This document shows, piece by piece, positions 49,843 through 59,951 of a stretch of 64,000 nucleotides of DNA. The notes beneath the pieces are model-generated. The model did no database searches. It was not told where the DNA came from and saw only the letters and a program-made list of their open reading frames with translations. The stretch is taken from NCBI GenBank assembly GCA_027492575.1, contig JAPUEM010000105.1:1926-65925 (forward strand), in the 5' to 3' direction. The DNA comes from Propionicimonas sp. GTDB taxonomy: Bacteria > Actinomycetota > Actinomycetes > Propionibacteriales > Propionibacteriaceae. Each line of letters starts with the position of its first letter. The first letter of the stretch is position 1. The position numbers and the translations under genes were made by a program.

Positions 49843-52749
49843 TCATGACGGCTCCCGGTGGAGGGCGAGGAGCTCAGCCAGGGTGAGCGCCTGGCGTCCG
49901 GCCAGGTCAGCCACCTGGATGCGGCAGGAGAGCCCGTCGGCGACCACGATGGCGTCCGGTCCGGCACCTCTCAGCGCGGGCAGCAGCTGGTCCTCGGCGA
50001 TCTTGACGCTCACCTCGTAGTGGCCCTGCTCGACCCCGAAGTTGCCGGCCAGACCGCAGCAGCCGCCCAGGGTGGTGACCGTTGCTCCGGTGCGGGCCAG
50101 GAGGGCGGCGTCCGCCTGCCAGCCGAGGACGGCGGCGTGGTGGCAGTGCGGCTGCACCACCAGTTCGTGGCCGGTCAGGTCGGGCGGGGTGTAGCCGGGG
50201 GTCTCGGTGAGCAGTTCGGCCAGGGTTCGGGTGGCGGCGGCCACCTCGGCCACGCGCGGGTCGTCGAGCAGTTCGGCCGCGTCGCTGCGCAGCACCGCCA
50301 AGCAGGACGGATCGACGCCCAGCACGGGGATGCCCGCCGCAGCGTACGGGTGGAGGATGTCGATGGCGTGCCGCAGCCGCTTGGCTGCCTGGTCGCGCTG
50401 TCCGGTGGTGATCCAGGTGAGGCCGCAGCAGGCGGATCGGTCGACCAGCTCAGGTGCCCAGCCGGCGCTCAGCAGCACCTGTACGAGGGCGGGCAGATGA
50501 GTGCCCTCGAAGCAGTCGGTGAAGGAGTCGACCCACAGGGCTACGGGCGCCGGACCGTCAGCGTCCCGCTCACTCAAAACCGTCATCCCGGACTTGATCC
50601 GGGATCTCAAAGGTCTCCACGTGGCTGAGCCGAGACCCCGGATCGGAGTCCGGGGTGACGGTGGTGAAGCCGGCCCCGTCGGACGTGGCGAGGCCGCCGG
50701 TGCCGGTGCTGGTGTCAGGGTCTTGCGAGGGGGCCGCGTCGCGAAGCGGGGGAGCGTGCGTCGCTGATCCACACCGGCGAGCCAGCGGGCCAGGTGGGCC
50801 GGCCCGGGGGTGGCGAGCGTCCAGTTGGCCAGGGCGGCGAGCCCGGGGATGCGGGTGATCAGGCGGGCCCAGCGAGGCAGCTGCCCGAGGGCGTAATGGC
50901 TGCGCGGACGCAGCCTGCCGCGGTAGGTCTCGGCGAGCACCTGGGATTTGTAGGAGGCCAGGTCGACGCCGGTGGGGCAGTCCCGGGCGCAGCCCTTGCA
51001 CGACAGGCAGAGATCAAGGGCCCCGGCGACCTCGGGGGCGGCGAACCCGCCGGGCAGGGTGCCGCCGAGCAGTTCGGCGAGCACGTGCGCCCGGCCGCGG
51101 GTGGAGTCCTTCTCGTCGCCGGTGGCCCGGTACGAGGGGCACATGATGTCGGCGGCGTCCCCGTGGTGACTGATGCACCGGCCCACCCCTGAGCAACGGT
51201 GCACCCCGGCGGCGAGTTCCGGATGGGCCAGCGCCAGCGGGGAGCGGGCCAGGGCCGTCCGCAGGTTCGCGTCGAGCGGGGCCGGGTCGACCAGCACGCC
51301 GGGATTGAGCAGATTGCCCGGGTCGAAGAGGTGCTTGACGGCCGCGAACAGGGCCAAAGCCTGCGGCGAGTACATGGCCGGCAGCAGCTCGGAGCGGGCC
51401 CGTCCGTCACCGTGCTCTCCCGACATCGAGCCGCCGTAGCCGCCGGCCAGCGCGGCGGCGTCCAGCAGAAAGGCACGCAGCCGGGCCGGGCCGTCCGTTT
51501 CGAGCAGGGGAAAATCGATCCGGGCATGGACGCAGCCCTCGCCGAAGTGACCGTAGGGAGCGGCCTGCAGCCCGTGCTCGGTGAGCAGTGCTTCGAAATC
51601 GCGCAGGTAGGCGCCCAGCCGCTCGGGCGGCACCGCCGCGTCCTCCCAGCCCGGGTAGGCCGGACGCTTGAGGCTGGTCTCGGCCAGCCCGGCGCCGTCG
51701 GCGCGGACTCGCCACAGGGCCGCCTGCTCTGCCGGGTCGTCCACGAGGCGCCCGGCCAGGGCTCCGGCGTCGGCCAGCAGCGCCTGTCCGGTGGCGCGCA
51801 GCGCGTCCGGGTCGTCCCCGGCGAGTTCGGCGAACAACCAGCCCTGTCCAGCGGGCAGATCGGGTACCGGACGGCGTCGCCGGGCGACCTCGACGATCCG
51901 GGAATCCAGGCCCTCCAGGGCGACCGGACGGTGCGCGAGGATGCCCGGCACCGCGTCCGCCGCCTCGGCCATGGACGGATACCCGAGCGCCACCACCACG
52001 ATCTGCGTGGGCGCTTGGACGAGCCGCACCTCGGCGCCGGTGATCACGGCCAGGGTGCCTTCGGAGCCGGCGAGGAAGCGGGTGACGTCGAAGCAATGCT
52101 CGGGCAGCAGGTGCTCCAGGCTGTAGCCGGAGACCTGCCGCGAGAACCGTCCGAACTCGGTGCGGATCACGCCCAGGTTCGCCATCACGAGCCGGTGCAG
52201 GGCGCGCAGGGTGGGGGAGTCGGAGTCCCGCAGGTCGGTGCGAGAGTCGAGCCGCAACCGCTCGCCGGTGCCGGTGATCAGGTCGAGCGCGAGCAGGTTG
52301 TCGGCCGTCCGGCCGTAGCCCAGCGCACGCGGCCCGCAGGCGTTGTTGCCGATCATCCCGCCGATCGTGCACCGGTTGAAGGTGGACGGGTCGGGCCCGA
52401 ACCGCAGCCCGTGCTCTGCCGCCGCCTGCTGCAGCTGGGCCTGGACGACCCCCGGCTCGACCCTCGCCGTGCGTGCGTCGGCGTCGATCGCGTTGATCGC
52501 GGTCAGGTGCCGGGAGGTGTCCAGCACGATCCCCGGGCCCACCGCGTTCCCCGCGCAGGAGGTGCCCGCCCCGCGCATGGTCACCGGCACCCCGTCGGCC
52601 CGCGCCCGAGCGAGCAGCTCACCGAGTTCGTCGACGCTGCCCGGCTGCGCCACCGCCTGCGGCACCACCCGGTACAGCGACGCGTCATAGGAGTACAGCG
52701 CGCGGGTCAGCCGGCTGTCATCCAGCCGAGACCCCACCAGCGCGCTCAT
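49843..52749 (-). CDS. FAD-linked oxidase fused to 4Fe-4S/cysteine-rich (CCG) domains (GlcD/GlcF- or YdiJ-like)
   Basis: YSYDAS, RGAGTS, GPDPST, GSEGTL, SMSGEHGDG, CSGVGRC, CLSCKGCARDCP, CCGLAGNFG. Confidence 0.88.
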   Translation of the reverse strand: MSALVGSRLDDSRLTRALYSYDASLYRVVPQAVAQPGSVDELGELLARARADGVPVTMRGAGTSCAGNAVGPGIVLDTSRHLTAINAIDADARTARVEPGVVQAQLQQAAAEHGLRFGPDPSTFNRCTIGGMIGNNACGPRALGYGRTADNLLALDLITGTGERLRLDSRTDLRDSDSPTLRALHRLVMANLGVIRTEFGRFSRQVSGYSLEHLLPEHCFDVTRFLAGSEGTLAVITGAEVRLVQAPTQIVVVALGYPSMAEAADAVPGILAHRPVALEGLDSRIVEVARRRRPVPDLPAGQGWLFAELAGDDPDALRATGQALLADAGALAGRLVDDPAEQAALWRVRADGAGLAETSLKRPAYPGWEDAAVPPERLGAYLRDFEALLTEHGLQAAPYGHFGEGCVHARIDFPLLETDGPARLRAFLLDAAALAGGYGGSMSGEHGDGRARSELLPAMYSPQALALFAAVKHLFDPGNLLNPGVLVDPAPLDANLRTALARSPLALAHPELAAGVHRCSGVGRCISHHGDAADIMCPSYRATGDEKDSTRGRAHVLAELLGGTLPGGFAAPEVAGALDLCLSCKGCARDCPTGVDLASYKSQVLAETYRGRLRPRSHYALGQLPRWARLITRIPGLAALANWTLATPGPAHLARWLAGVDQRRTLPRFATRPPRKTLTPAPAPAASPRPTGPASPPSPRTPIRGLGSATWRPLRSRIKSGMTVLSERDADGPAPVALWVDSFTDCFEGTHLPALVQVLLSAGWAPELVDRSACCGLTWITTGQRDQAAKRLRHAIDILHPYAAAGIPVLGVDPSCLAVLRSDAAELLDDPRVAEVAAATRTLAELLTETPGYTPPDLTGHELVVQPHCHHAAVLGWQADAALLARTGATVTTLGGCCGLAGNFGVEQGHYEVSVKIAEDQLLPALRGAGPDAIVVADGLSCRIQVADLAGRQALTLAELLALHREPS
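50579..50662. repeat. Family B REPIN-like doublet inserted in frame in a CDS
   Basis: ACCGTCATCCCGGACTTGATCCGGGATCTC...GAGACCCCGGATCGGAGTCCGGGGTGACGGT, 84 bp. Confidence 0.8.
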
Positions 52750-52947
52750 AGGGGACACTTTGCCACGTGCTCGCTGCACGATTGTCGTTCTGAGCCGGCG
52801 CCTGACGGCCGCTGCCCCGTCTCGCGTCAGGATGGTTCTTCTCGGTCAGCTCAGCCGCCTGAAAAGAACCATCCTGACGCGCAGCGCGACGGCCGTCCGC
52901 GGCACCGTCCTCATAACGACAATCGTGCAGCGAGACCCGACGAGCGC

Positions 52948-53571
52948 CTACGCACCCCAGAGGGCGGGGCCGTACTTCAGGACGACCAGGGCGATCAGGA
53001 AGACCAGCCACAGCGTGATCACCAGCGCGTCGACGCCCATCCGGATGCCCGCCTTCAGGGCGTTGGTGACCCGCTCGGGCAGGAACAGGTTGTTATCCCG
53101 GATGTTCACGTGGGTCAGCGAGGTGAAGACCAGCGTGGTCGACAGGGTCACCAGCAGGCACCACGGGCACAGCGCGTTGATGTGGAACATCGACTGGTAG
53201 AAGAGCCAGTAGGCGAACCCCAGGCCGATCGTGTAGACGACCTGCGCGGAGAACATGAACCACCGCGGGAACTTCACCTTGCCCAGGCTGGCCACCGCGA
53301 TGGTGATCACCACCGGTTCGGCGATCAGGCCGAGGAAGGCGTTCGGCCAGCCGAACAGGTTGGCCTGCCAGGTGATCCCCACCTTGCCGCAGCTGATCAC
53401 CTCGTTGATATTGCAGCTCAGCGCGGCCCCGGGGTTGCGGGCCAGTTCGATCGCGTCCACGGAAAGGACCAGGGACGCGATCAAGCTGATCAACGAGGAC
53501 ATCAGCATGTAGCTGAAGATCCAGGTGTCCGACTGCCTGAAGCGGTGAACCCGCTCGACGATGTCGCTCAC
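52948..53571 (-). CDS. Vitamin K epoxide reductase (VKOR) family protein
   Basis: CNINEVISC loop cysteines, GWPNAFLG, LCPWC active site. Confidence 0.88.
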   Translation of the reverse strand: MSDIVERVHRFRQSDTWIFSYMLMSSLISLIASLVLSVDAIELARNPGAALSCNINEVISCGKVGITWQANLFGWPNAFLGLIAEPVVITIAVASLGKVKFPRWFMFSAQVVYTIGLGFAYWLFYQSMFHINALCPWCLLVTLSTTLVFTSLTHVNIRDNNLFLPERVTNALKAGIRMGVDALVITLWLVFLIALVVLKYGPALWGA

Positions 53572-54344
53572 TTGGCGGCGGCGGCAGCCTCGACGGCGGC
53601 CTTCAGCGGACCGGCCTCGAGAATGTTGGTGGTGTTGTCGGCGGGCCACTTCTGGCCGTTGATCAGGATCGACGGGGTACCGGTGATACCGGACTTCTCC
53701 GCAACCGAGGTCGAGTTCGCGATGAACTGCTCGTTGGACATCCGGGCGAAGGTGGCGATCACGTCGTTGCCGACACCGGCGTCACGGGCCAGCTGGGCGA
53801 TCTCGGCGTCGGAGAGCCCCGGGGTGCCTTCTTCGGGCTGCTTGTCGAACAGAGCCGCGTTGAACGCCATCACGTTCTGGGGCTCCGCCTTGGCGACCGC
53901 GACGAAGGCGTTGCCGGAGCGGGTGGAGTACCGGGTGCCCTGCGACTGACGATCCTGCCAGTTGACGATGTGGAACTCGATCTGGGCGGTGCCACTGTCG
54001 ACCAGCGACTCCAGGTCGGTGCGGTTGGCGCGCTCGAACATGCCGCAGAAGGGGCACATGAAATCCTGGTAGATGGTGATCTTCACCGGGGCGTCCGGCT
54101 GCCCGGCCATCACCGAGTAGTCGCCGGTGACGGCGCCGCCGCCCTCGGCCTCGGGGGCGTTGCGGGTGCTCAGCACCACGGCGACGATCACCCCGACGAT
54201 CGCCAGCACGGCGACACCGAGGATGCTGAAGGTGATGAGGTTGCGGACCTTGCGTTCTTTGGCCTGCTGCTCGCGCTGGCGCTGCAGCTGTTCGCGGCGA
54301 TTGCCGGCCGCGGCGGGGGTGTTCTGGGGCTTCTTGCTGCTCAT
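53568..54344 (-). CDS. Membrane-anchored DsbA-family thioredoxin
   Basis: One TM helix, DFMCPFC, GTPSILING. Confidence 0.88.
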   Translation of the reverse strand: MSSKKPQNTPAAAGNRREQLQRQREQQAKERKVRNLITFSILGVAVLAIVGVIVAVVLSTRNAPEAEGGGAVTGDYSVMAGQPDAPVKITIYQDFMCPFCGMFERANRTDLESLVDSGTAQIEFHIVNWQDRQSQGTRYSTRSGNAFVAVAKAEPQNVMAFNAALFDKQPEEGTPGLSDAEIAQLARDAGVGNDVIATFARMSNEQFIANSTSVAEKSGITGTPSILINGQKWPADNTTNILEAGPLKAAVEAAAAAK

Positions 54345-54419
54345 GGGTTGTCTCCGGTCGATGGGTGGGAGCCCGCGCGGTGGCGGGCGGGGTCGGCGTC
54401 GGAGCAGGCGAAGGCCTGC

Positions 54420-54902
54420 TCAGCAACCGGCCGGAGGACCGCGGAGAGAACGATGACTGGCCGGACGATCGGACGCCCGGACGGGGATCGGCACGAGCAC
54501 CGGCGCGCGCCCCGGCAGCGGCAGGCCGCCGAAGCCGAGCAGACCGAGCCGGCGGCCGAGCCACTGCTTGGCGGCGCGCAGTGCGCGTCGCACGGAGACG
54601 CCGAGGCCGAGGGCCGCGGCGAGCGCGGCCAGGCCCGCGATCAACGTCCCGAGTGAGAAGACGAGGGAGATGCGGGCGATCTCGGCATAGTGCTGGCCGG
54701 GGGCGTACATGCCCTCCGGGCAGACCGGGCTCTGCGCCAGGATGTGCAGCTGGACGCCCAGCCAGGCGCTGCCCGGCAGTTCGGTGACACAGGCCGGCAG
54801 GCTGCCGGTCACCCGCAGGCCGGGTGCCGTGACGAGTGCGAGCACGCCCAGCAACGTCAGGAGGAACGCTCCCCCCACGCTGCGCAGCCGCGCTCGTCGC
54901 AT
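54420..54902 (-). CDS. Hypothetical membrane protein
   Basis: Two hydrophobic segments; two cysteines (AC, PVC) in the loop; upstream of dsbA. Confidence 0.5.
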   Translation of the reverse strand: MRRARLRSVGGAFLLTLLGVLALVTAPGLRVTGSLPACVTELPGSAWLGVQLHILAQSPVCPEGMYAPGQHYAEIARISLVFSLGTLIAGLAALAAALGLGVSVRRALRAAKQWLGRRLGLLGFGGLPLPGRAPVLVPIPVRASDRPASHRSLRGPPAGC

Positions 54903-55026
54903 CTGGCCTCCCGTGCTCGTCGGTCAGTCTACGCGACAACTCCAGACCTCGCCGGAGATCGCCGGTGCGAGGCGGAACCGCTTCGGTGGGCGTACGATCT
55001 GCGCCATCCCTGACGGAGGAGCGCAG

Positions 55027-56028
55027 ATGAACGGACGCCGGCGAAAGCCGAGCATGTACGACGTGGCTGCGCTCGCCGGGGTCTCCCATCAGACGGTCTC
55101 GCGGGTGCTGAACAACCACCCCAGCATCCGGGAGGCGACCCGGGTGAAGGTGCTGGCGGCGATCGAGGAGATCAACTACACCCCGAACGCGATGGCCCGG
55201 GCCCTGGCGACCAACCGCACCCACCGGATCGGGGTGCTGGTGGACGGGATCGCGCACTACGGTCCGCGCACCGCGCTGCGCGGCTTCGAGGAGGCAGCCC
55301 ACGCCCAGGGCTACTCCGTGGACGCGGTCTCGGTGGCTGAATCCGACGACCCGGCCACCGGCATTGAGCAGCTCATGCTGCAGGGCGCCGAGGCGCTGTG
55401 CGTGATCGCCCCGCGGATCCCGTCGCTGGAAAGCGTGCGGGCGGTAATGCACGACCTGCCCGTCCTGGTGGTCACCGCCGGGTCCGTCCCGGACCGGCTC
55501 ACCGCGGCGGTCGACCAGCGGGCGGGCGCGAGACTGGCGGTCGAGCACCTGATCGACCTGGGGCACCGCGAGATCCTGCATCTGGCCGGCCCGCACGACT
55601 GGCTGGACGCCCTGGCCCGCGAGGAGGCGTGGCGGCAGCGTCTCGCCGAGGCGGGGCTGGCCGTCCGTGAGCCGGTGGTGGGGGACTGGACGGCCGACTT
55701 CGGCTACGAGTACGGCCTGTCGGCCGAATTCGACCAGGCCACCGCCGTCTTCGCCGCGAACGATCAGATGGCCCTCGGCCTGCTGCACGGCCTGCACGAT
55801 CGCGGCATCCGGGTGCCGCAGGAGATCTCGGTGGTCGGCTTCGACGACAGCCCCGAGTCGCGGCACTTCCTGCCGCCGCTGACCACCGTCCGGCAGGACT
55901 TCCATGCCCTGGGCGCCCTCAGCGTCACCCAGCTGATCGCCGCCCTGCGCGGCGTGCCCGGGCCTCAGGCGGATCTGATCGCCCCGGAACTGGTGGTGCG
56001 GCAGTCCACCGCCGCGCCCCGAAGATAA
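55027..56028 (+). CDS. LacI-family transcriptional regulator
   Basis: MYDVAALAGVSHQTVSRVLN HTH; NDQMALG; SVVGFDD; LTTVRQD. Confidence 0.95.
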   Translation: MNGRRRKPSMYDVAALAGVSHQTVSRVLNNHPSIREATRVKVLAAIEEINYTPNAMARALATNRTHRIGVLVDGIAHYGPRTALRGFEEAAHAQGYSVDAVSVAESDDPATGIEQLMLQGAEALCVIAPRIPSLESVRAVMHDLPVLVVTAGSVPDRLTAAVDQRAGARLAVEHLIDLGHREILHLAGPHDWLDALAREEAWRQRLAEAGLAVREPVVGDWTADFGYEYGLSAEFDQATAVFAANDQMALGLLHGLHDRGIRVPQEISVVGFDDSPESRHFLPPLTTVRQDFHALGALSVTQLIAALRGVPGPQADLIAPELVVRQSTAAPRR

Positions 56029-56066
56029 CGCCTGCATAACGATTCGCGGAGATCGTCCCGAGTTCT

Positions 56067-56094
56067 TGTTAGCGCTCATTTGTTAGCGTTAACA
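56067..56094. promoter_or_regulatory. Tandem LacI-type operators
   Basis: TGTTAGCGCTCAT and TGTTAGCGTTAACA, near-palindromes with CG centre, upstream of the ABC operon. Confidence 0.75.
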
Positions 56095-56169
56095 TTCCGT
56101 ATCGTAAGAGTGCCCAGGGCGGGCACTGACAGGGCAGGCGGGAACCGCGGCCCGACTCAAGGAGGAGAT

Positions 56170-57195
56170 ATGTTCAAGAACCAGCTTCGCTGGGGCCTCG
56201 GGATCCTCGGTGCCATGGCGCTCGCCTTCACCGCGGCCGGCTGCTCCGGTGCCCCGGCGGAATCCGGCTCCCCGGCGGAATCCGGCTCCCCGGCCCAGTC
56301 CCAGCCCGCGGGCGAACTGACCACCATCGGCTTCGTCGCGGTCGGCCCCGAGGGCGCGTGGCGCAAGGCCAACGAGCAGAACGTCCAGGACACCTTCACC
56401 AAGGAGGCCGGCTTCGACCTGAAGTACGCCCCCTCGGCGAACCTGGATCAGAAGTCCCAGATCGACGCCTTCACCGCCTTCGTGGACGAGGGCGTCGACC
56501 TGATCCTGCTGTCGGCCACCGAGGCCACCGGCTGGGAGGATTCCCTCAAGCGTGCTCAGGAGGCCGAGATCCCGGTCATCCTGGTCGACCGCGGCATCTC
56601 GCCGGACGACACCTCGCTGTACGCCACCCGGCTCGCGCCGAACAACGTCACCGTCGCCAAGTCGATCGCCGAGTGGCTGGTCGCGAACTACCCCGACGGC
56701 GGCGAGTACATCACCCTCGAAGGCCCGGCCGGCGTCGGCGTGGTCGACGAGCGCAACCAGGGTTTCGACGAGGTCATCGGCGCCGCGCCGCAGTGGAAGA
56801 AGGTCGGCGCGCAGACCGCCAACTGGAAGGTCGACGAGGGCAAGTCGGTCACCGAGACCTTCCTGAAGTCGAACCCGAACATCACGTTCGTCTTCGCGCA
56901 GAACGACGAGATGGGTCTGGGCGCTTCTGAAGCCGTCACCGAGGCCGGCAAGGTCGTGGGCGCCGACGGCGTCCTGATCGCCACCATCGACGGCACCCGC
57001 AACGCCATCCAGGCGCTGGCCGACGGCAAGCTCTCCTTCGTGGCCGAGTACAACCCGCTCTTCGGCGACCAACTGCTCGATGCGGTCAAGAAGGCCCTCG
57101 CCGGCGAGCAGCAGGATTCCTACATCGAGGTCGTCTCCACCACCTTCGATTCGCCCGAGGCCGCCAAGGCGGCACTGCCGGACCGCAAGTTCTGA
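56170..57195 (+). CDS. Sugar ABC transporter substrate-binding lipoprotein (YtfQ-like)
   Basis: Lipobox TAAGC; EGAWRKAN; IPVILVDR; FAQNDEMGLGA; EYNPLFG. Confidence 0.88.
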   Translation: MFKNQLRWGLGILGAMALAFTAAGCSGAPAESGSPAESGSPAQSQPAGELTTIGFVAVGPEGAWRKANEQNVQDTFTKEAGFDLKYAPSANLDQKSQIDAFTAFVDEGVDLILLSATEATGWEDSLKRAQEAEIPVILVDRGISPDDTSLYATRLAPNNVTVAKSIAEWLVANYPDGGEYITLEGPAGVGVVDERNQGFDEVIGAAPQWKKVGAQTANWKVDEGKSVTETFLKSNPNITFVFAQNDEMGLGASEAVTEAGKVVGADGVLIATIDGTRNAIQALADGKLSFVAEYNPLFGDQLLDAVKKALAGEQQDSYIEVVSTTFDSPEAAKAALPDRKF

Positions 57196-57297
57196 GCAGG
57201 AACGGGGGCTGACCGCCCCGACCAGCCGGCGGTGCGGGACGGCCTGCACAGGCCTCCCGCACCGCCGCGGCCACTGAATCCAACGGAGGACTCAACC

Positions 57298-58851
57298 ATG
57301 GACGACGCGAGCGCACCCGTCGTCGAGATGCGGGGAATCTCGATCAGCTTCCCCGGCGTGAAGGCTCTCGACAACGTCGACTTCCGGCTGCTGCCCGGCG
57401 AGGTGCACACCCTGATGGGGGAGAACGGGGCGGGCAAGTCGACCCTGATCAAGGCCCTCACCGGGGTCTACCGGATCGACTCGGGCACCATCGTCGTGGC
57501 CGGCGCCGAGATCCAGTTCCACGGCACCGCCGACGCGCAACGGGCGGGGATCTCCACCGTCTACCAGGAGGTCAACCTCTGCACGAACCTGAGCATCGGC
57601 GAGAACGTGATGCTCGGTCACGAGGTGCGGGGTGCGCTCGGCGTCAACTGGAAGGCCACCCACGCAGCCGCCTCCCGGGTGCTGGCCGGCATGGGCCTGG
57701 GCGACCTCGACACCCGCAAGCCGCTATCGACCCTGTCGATCGCCATGCAGCAACTCGTCGCACTCAGCCGCGCCATGGTGATCGATTCCAAGGTGCTGAT
57801 CCTGGACGAACCGACCTCCTCCCTCGACGCCCACGAGGTCGAAGCCCTCTTCGGCGTCATCCGCGGGCTGCGCGACCAGGGGGTCGCCATTCTGTTCGTC
57901 TCCCACTTCCTCGATCAGGTCTACGCGATCAGCGACCGCCTGACCGTGCTGCGCAACGGCCAGTACATCGGCGAGTACCTGACCGCCGACCTGCCGCGCA
58001 ACGAACTGATCTCGCTGATGATCGGCAAGGACCTGGAAGCCCTGGCCGAGCTGGGCTCGAACCGGCGCAGTGCCGCGCGCGACGCCGACGCCGTGCCGCT
58101 GCTGGCGGCCCGCGGCCTCGGCAAGCGCGGCAGCGTCCACCCGACCGATCTCGACATCCACGCCGGCGAGATCCTTGGTTTCGCCGGCCTGCTGGGCTCC
58201 GGACGCACCGAGCTCGCCCGCCTGCTCTACGGTGCCGACAAGGCGGACTCGGGCAGCATCGAGATCAAGGGCAAGCCGGTCTCACTGCACTCGCCGATCG
58301 CCGGCCTGACCACCGGGATCGCCTACTCCACCGAGAATCGCCGGGACGAGGGCATCGTCGGTGACCTGTCGGTGCGGGAGAACCTGATTCTCGCGGTGCA
58401 GGCCGGGCGCGGCTGGCTGCGTCCGCTGCCGGCCAAGCGCGCGGAGGAGATCGTCGGCAGGTACGTTCACGAACTCAACGTCCGGCCACCGGATCCGGAT
58501 CGGCTGGTGAAGAACCTCTCCGGCGGAAACCAGCAGAAGGTGCTGCTCGGCCGCTGGCTGGCCACCCGCCCCGAACTGCTGATCCTGGACGAGCCGACCC
58601 GCGGCATCGACATCGGCGCCAAGGCGGAGATCCAGGAATCCGTCGCCCAGCTGGCCGAGGCCGGCACGGCGGTGATCTTCATCTCGTCCGAACTGGAGGA
58701 GGTCGTGCGCATGTGCGACCGGATCATCGTGATGAAAGACCGCCACAAGATCGCCGAGTTCACCGCCGGGCCGCAGGTCACCGTGGAGCTGATCGTCGAG
58801 ACCATCGCGAACCATGTCGACGGCGATCGGGAAGTGGGTGAGGTCGCATGA
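57298..58851 (+). CDS. Sugar ABC transporter ATP-binding protein (two NBDs)
   Basis: GENGAGKST, LDEPT, LSGGNQQK, ISSELEE. Confidence 0.95.
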   Translation: MDDASAPVVEMRGISISFPGVKALDNVDFRLLPGEVHTLMGENGAGKSTLIKALTGVYRIDSGTIVVAGAEIQFHGTADAQRAGISTVYQEVNLCTNLSIGENVMLGHEVRGALGVNWKATHAAASRVLAGMGLGDLDTRKPLSTLSIAMQQLVALSRAMVIDSKVLILDEPTSSLDAHEVEALFGVIRGLRDQGVAILFVSHFLDQVYAISDRLTVLRNGQYIGEYLTADLPRNELISLMIGKDLEALAELGSNRRSAARDADAVPLLAARGLGKRGSVHPTDLDIHAGEILGFAGLLGSGRTELARLLYGADKADSGSIEIKGKPVSLHSPIAGLTTGIAYSTENRRDEGIVGDLSVRENLILAVQAGRGWLRPLPAKRAEEIVGRYVHELNVRPPDPDRLVKNLSGGNQQKVLLGRWLATRPELLILDEPTRGIDIGAKAEIQESVAQLAEAGTAVIFISSELEEVVRMCDRIIVMKDRHKIAEFTAGPQVTVELIVETIANHVDGDREVGEVA

Positions 58852-59951
58852 GTCTCGTCGTCGGGATCGTCGCCTTCGCCGGCTTCCTCGCGGCGGGCGT
58901 CTTCTACAAGCTCTACCGGAGCCAGTGGTTCTGGGGCGTGGTGGCGATCATGCTGCTGCTCACCGCCAATCTGGCGAAGGATCCGTCCTACCTGTCGATC
59001 ACCTACTCCGAGGCCACCGGACGGCTGGTCGGCAACCTCATCGACATCCTGCGCTGGTCGGCGCCGATCATGCTGATCGCCGTCGGCATGGTGCTGGTGA
59101 TCGCCACCCGTGGCATCGACCTCTCGGTCGGCTCCGCCATGGTGGCCGGCGGCGCGACGGCCATGCAGTACCTCTCCATCGTCAAGGCTCCCGATTCGGT
59201 CTCCGCCGCGGTGACCGCCGTACTGCTGGCCATGCTGACCGGCCTGGCGATCGGCGCGGTCAACGGGCTGCTGGTCACCTACGTGGGCTTGCAGCCGTTC
59301 ATCACCACGCTGGTGATGATGATGGCCGGACGCGGCATCGCCAAGGTGATCACCGGCGGCCAGAACACCGCAGCCGAGAACGCCCCGTTCAAGTGGCTGG
59401 TGAACGGCACGGTGGCCGGCTTCCCGGTGGTCTTCCTGATCGCGATAGCGATCGTCGGCGTCCTGGCGCTGTTCGTCCGCCGCACCGCCTTCGGCATGGT
59501 CGTCGAATCGGTCGGCATCAACCCGTCCGCGAGCTGGATGGCGGGCATCCGTCCCAACGGCATCCTGCTGACCGTCTACCTCGTCTCCGGCATGCTCGCC
59601 GCGATCGGCGGGGTCTTCTCGGTCGGCTCGGTGATGGTCGTCGACATCGCGGGCACCGGCTACCAGTCCGAACTGGACGCCATCCTGGCGGTCGTGGTCG
59701 GCGGCACCTCGCTGGCCGGCGGCAAGTTCTCCATCCGGGGTGCGGTGATCGGCGCGCTGCTGATCGCCACCCTGGACAAGACCGTCCTGTTCCTCGGCAT
59801 CTCCGGCGCGGCAACGCCCGCCTTCAAGGCGGTCGTGATCGTGCTGCTCTGCCTGCTGCAGTCGCAGCGGGTCCGCACCCTGTTCACCCAGCGCAGGAAG
59901 GCCGATCCGGCCGCCCCTGCCGAACTCCCGAAGGCGAGCGTGGCGGCATGA
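58848..59951 (+). CDS. Sugar ABC transporter permease
   Basis: RGIDLSVG, QPFITTL, ELDAILAVVVGGTSLAGG. Confidence 0.92.
   Translation: MSLVVGIVAFAGFLAAGVFYKLYRSQWFWGVVAIMLLLTANLAKDPSYLSITYSEATGRLVGNLIDILRWSAPIMLIAVGMVLVIATRGIDLSVGSAMVAGGATAMQYLSIVKAPDSVSAAVTAVLLAMLTGLAIGAVNGLLVTYVGLQPFITTLVMMMAGRGIAKVITGGQNTAAENAPFKWLVNGTVAGFPVVFLIAIAIVGVLALFVRRTAFGMVVESVGINPSASWMAGIRPNGILLTVYLVSGMLAAIGGVFSVGSVMVVDIAGTGYQSELDAILAVVVGGTSLAGGKFSIRGAVIGALLIATLDKTVLFLGISGAATPAFKAVVIVLLCLLQSQRVRTLFTQRRKADPAAPAELPKASVAA

Noticed and set aside
52948-54344. DsbA-VKOR pair as a novel system
   Set aside because: Well-established actinobacterial disulfide-bond pathway.
56251-56296. Short tandem repeat CCGGCGGAATCCGGCTCC in the sugar-binding protein gene
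   Set aside because: Encodes an ordinary PAESGS lipoprotein linker.
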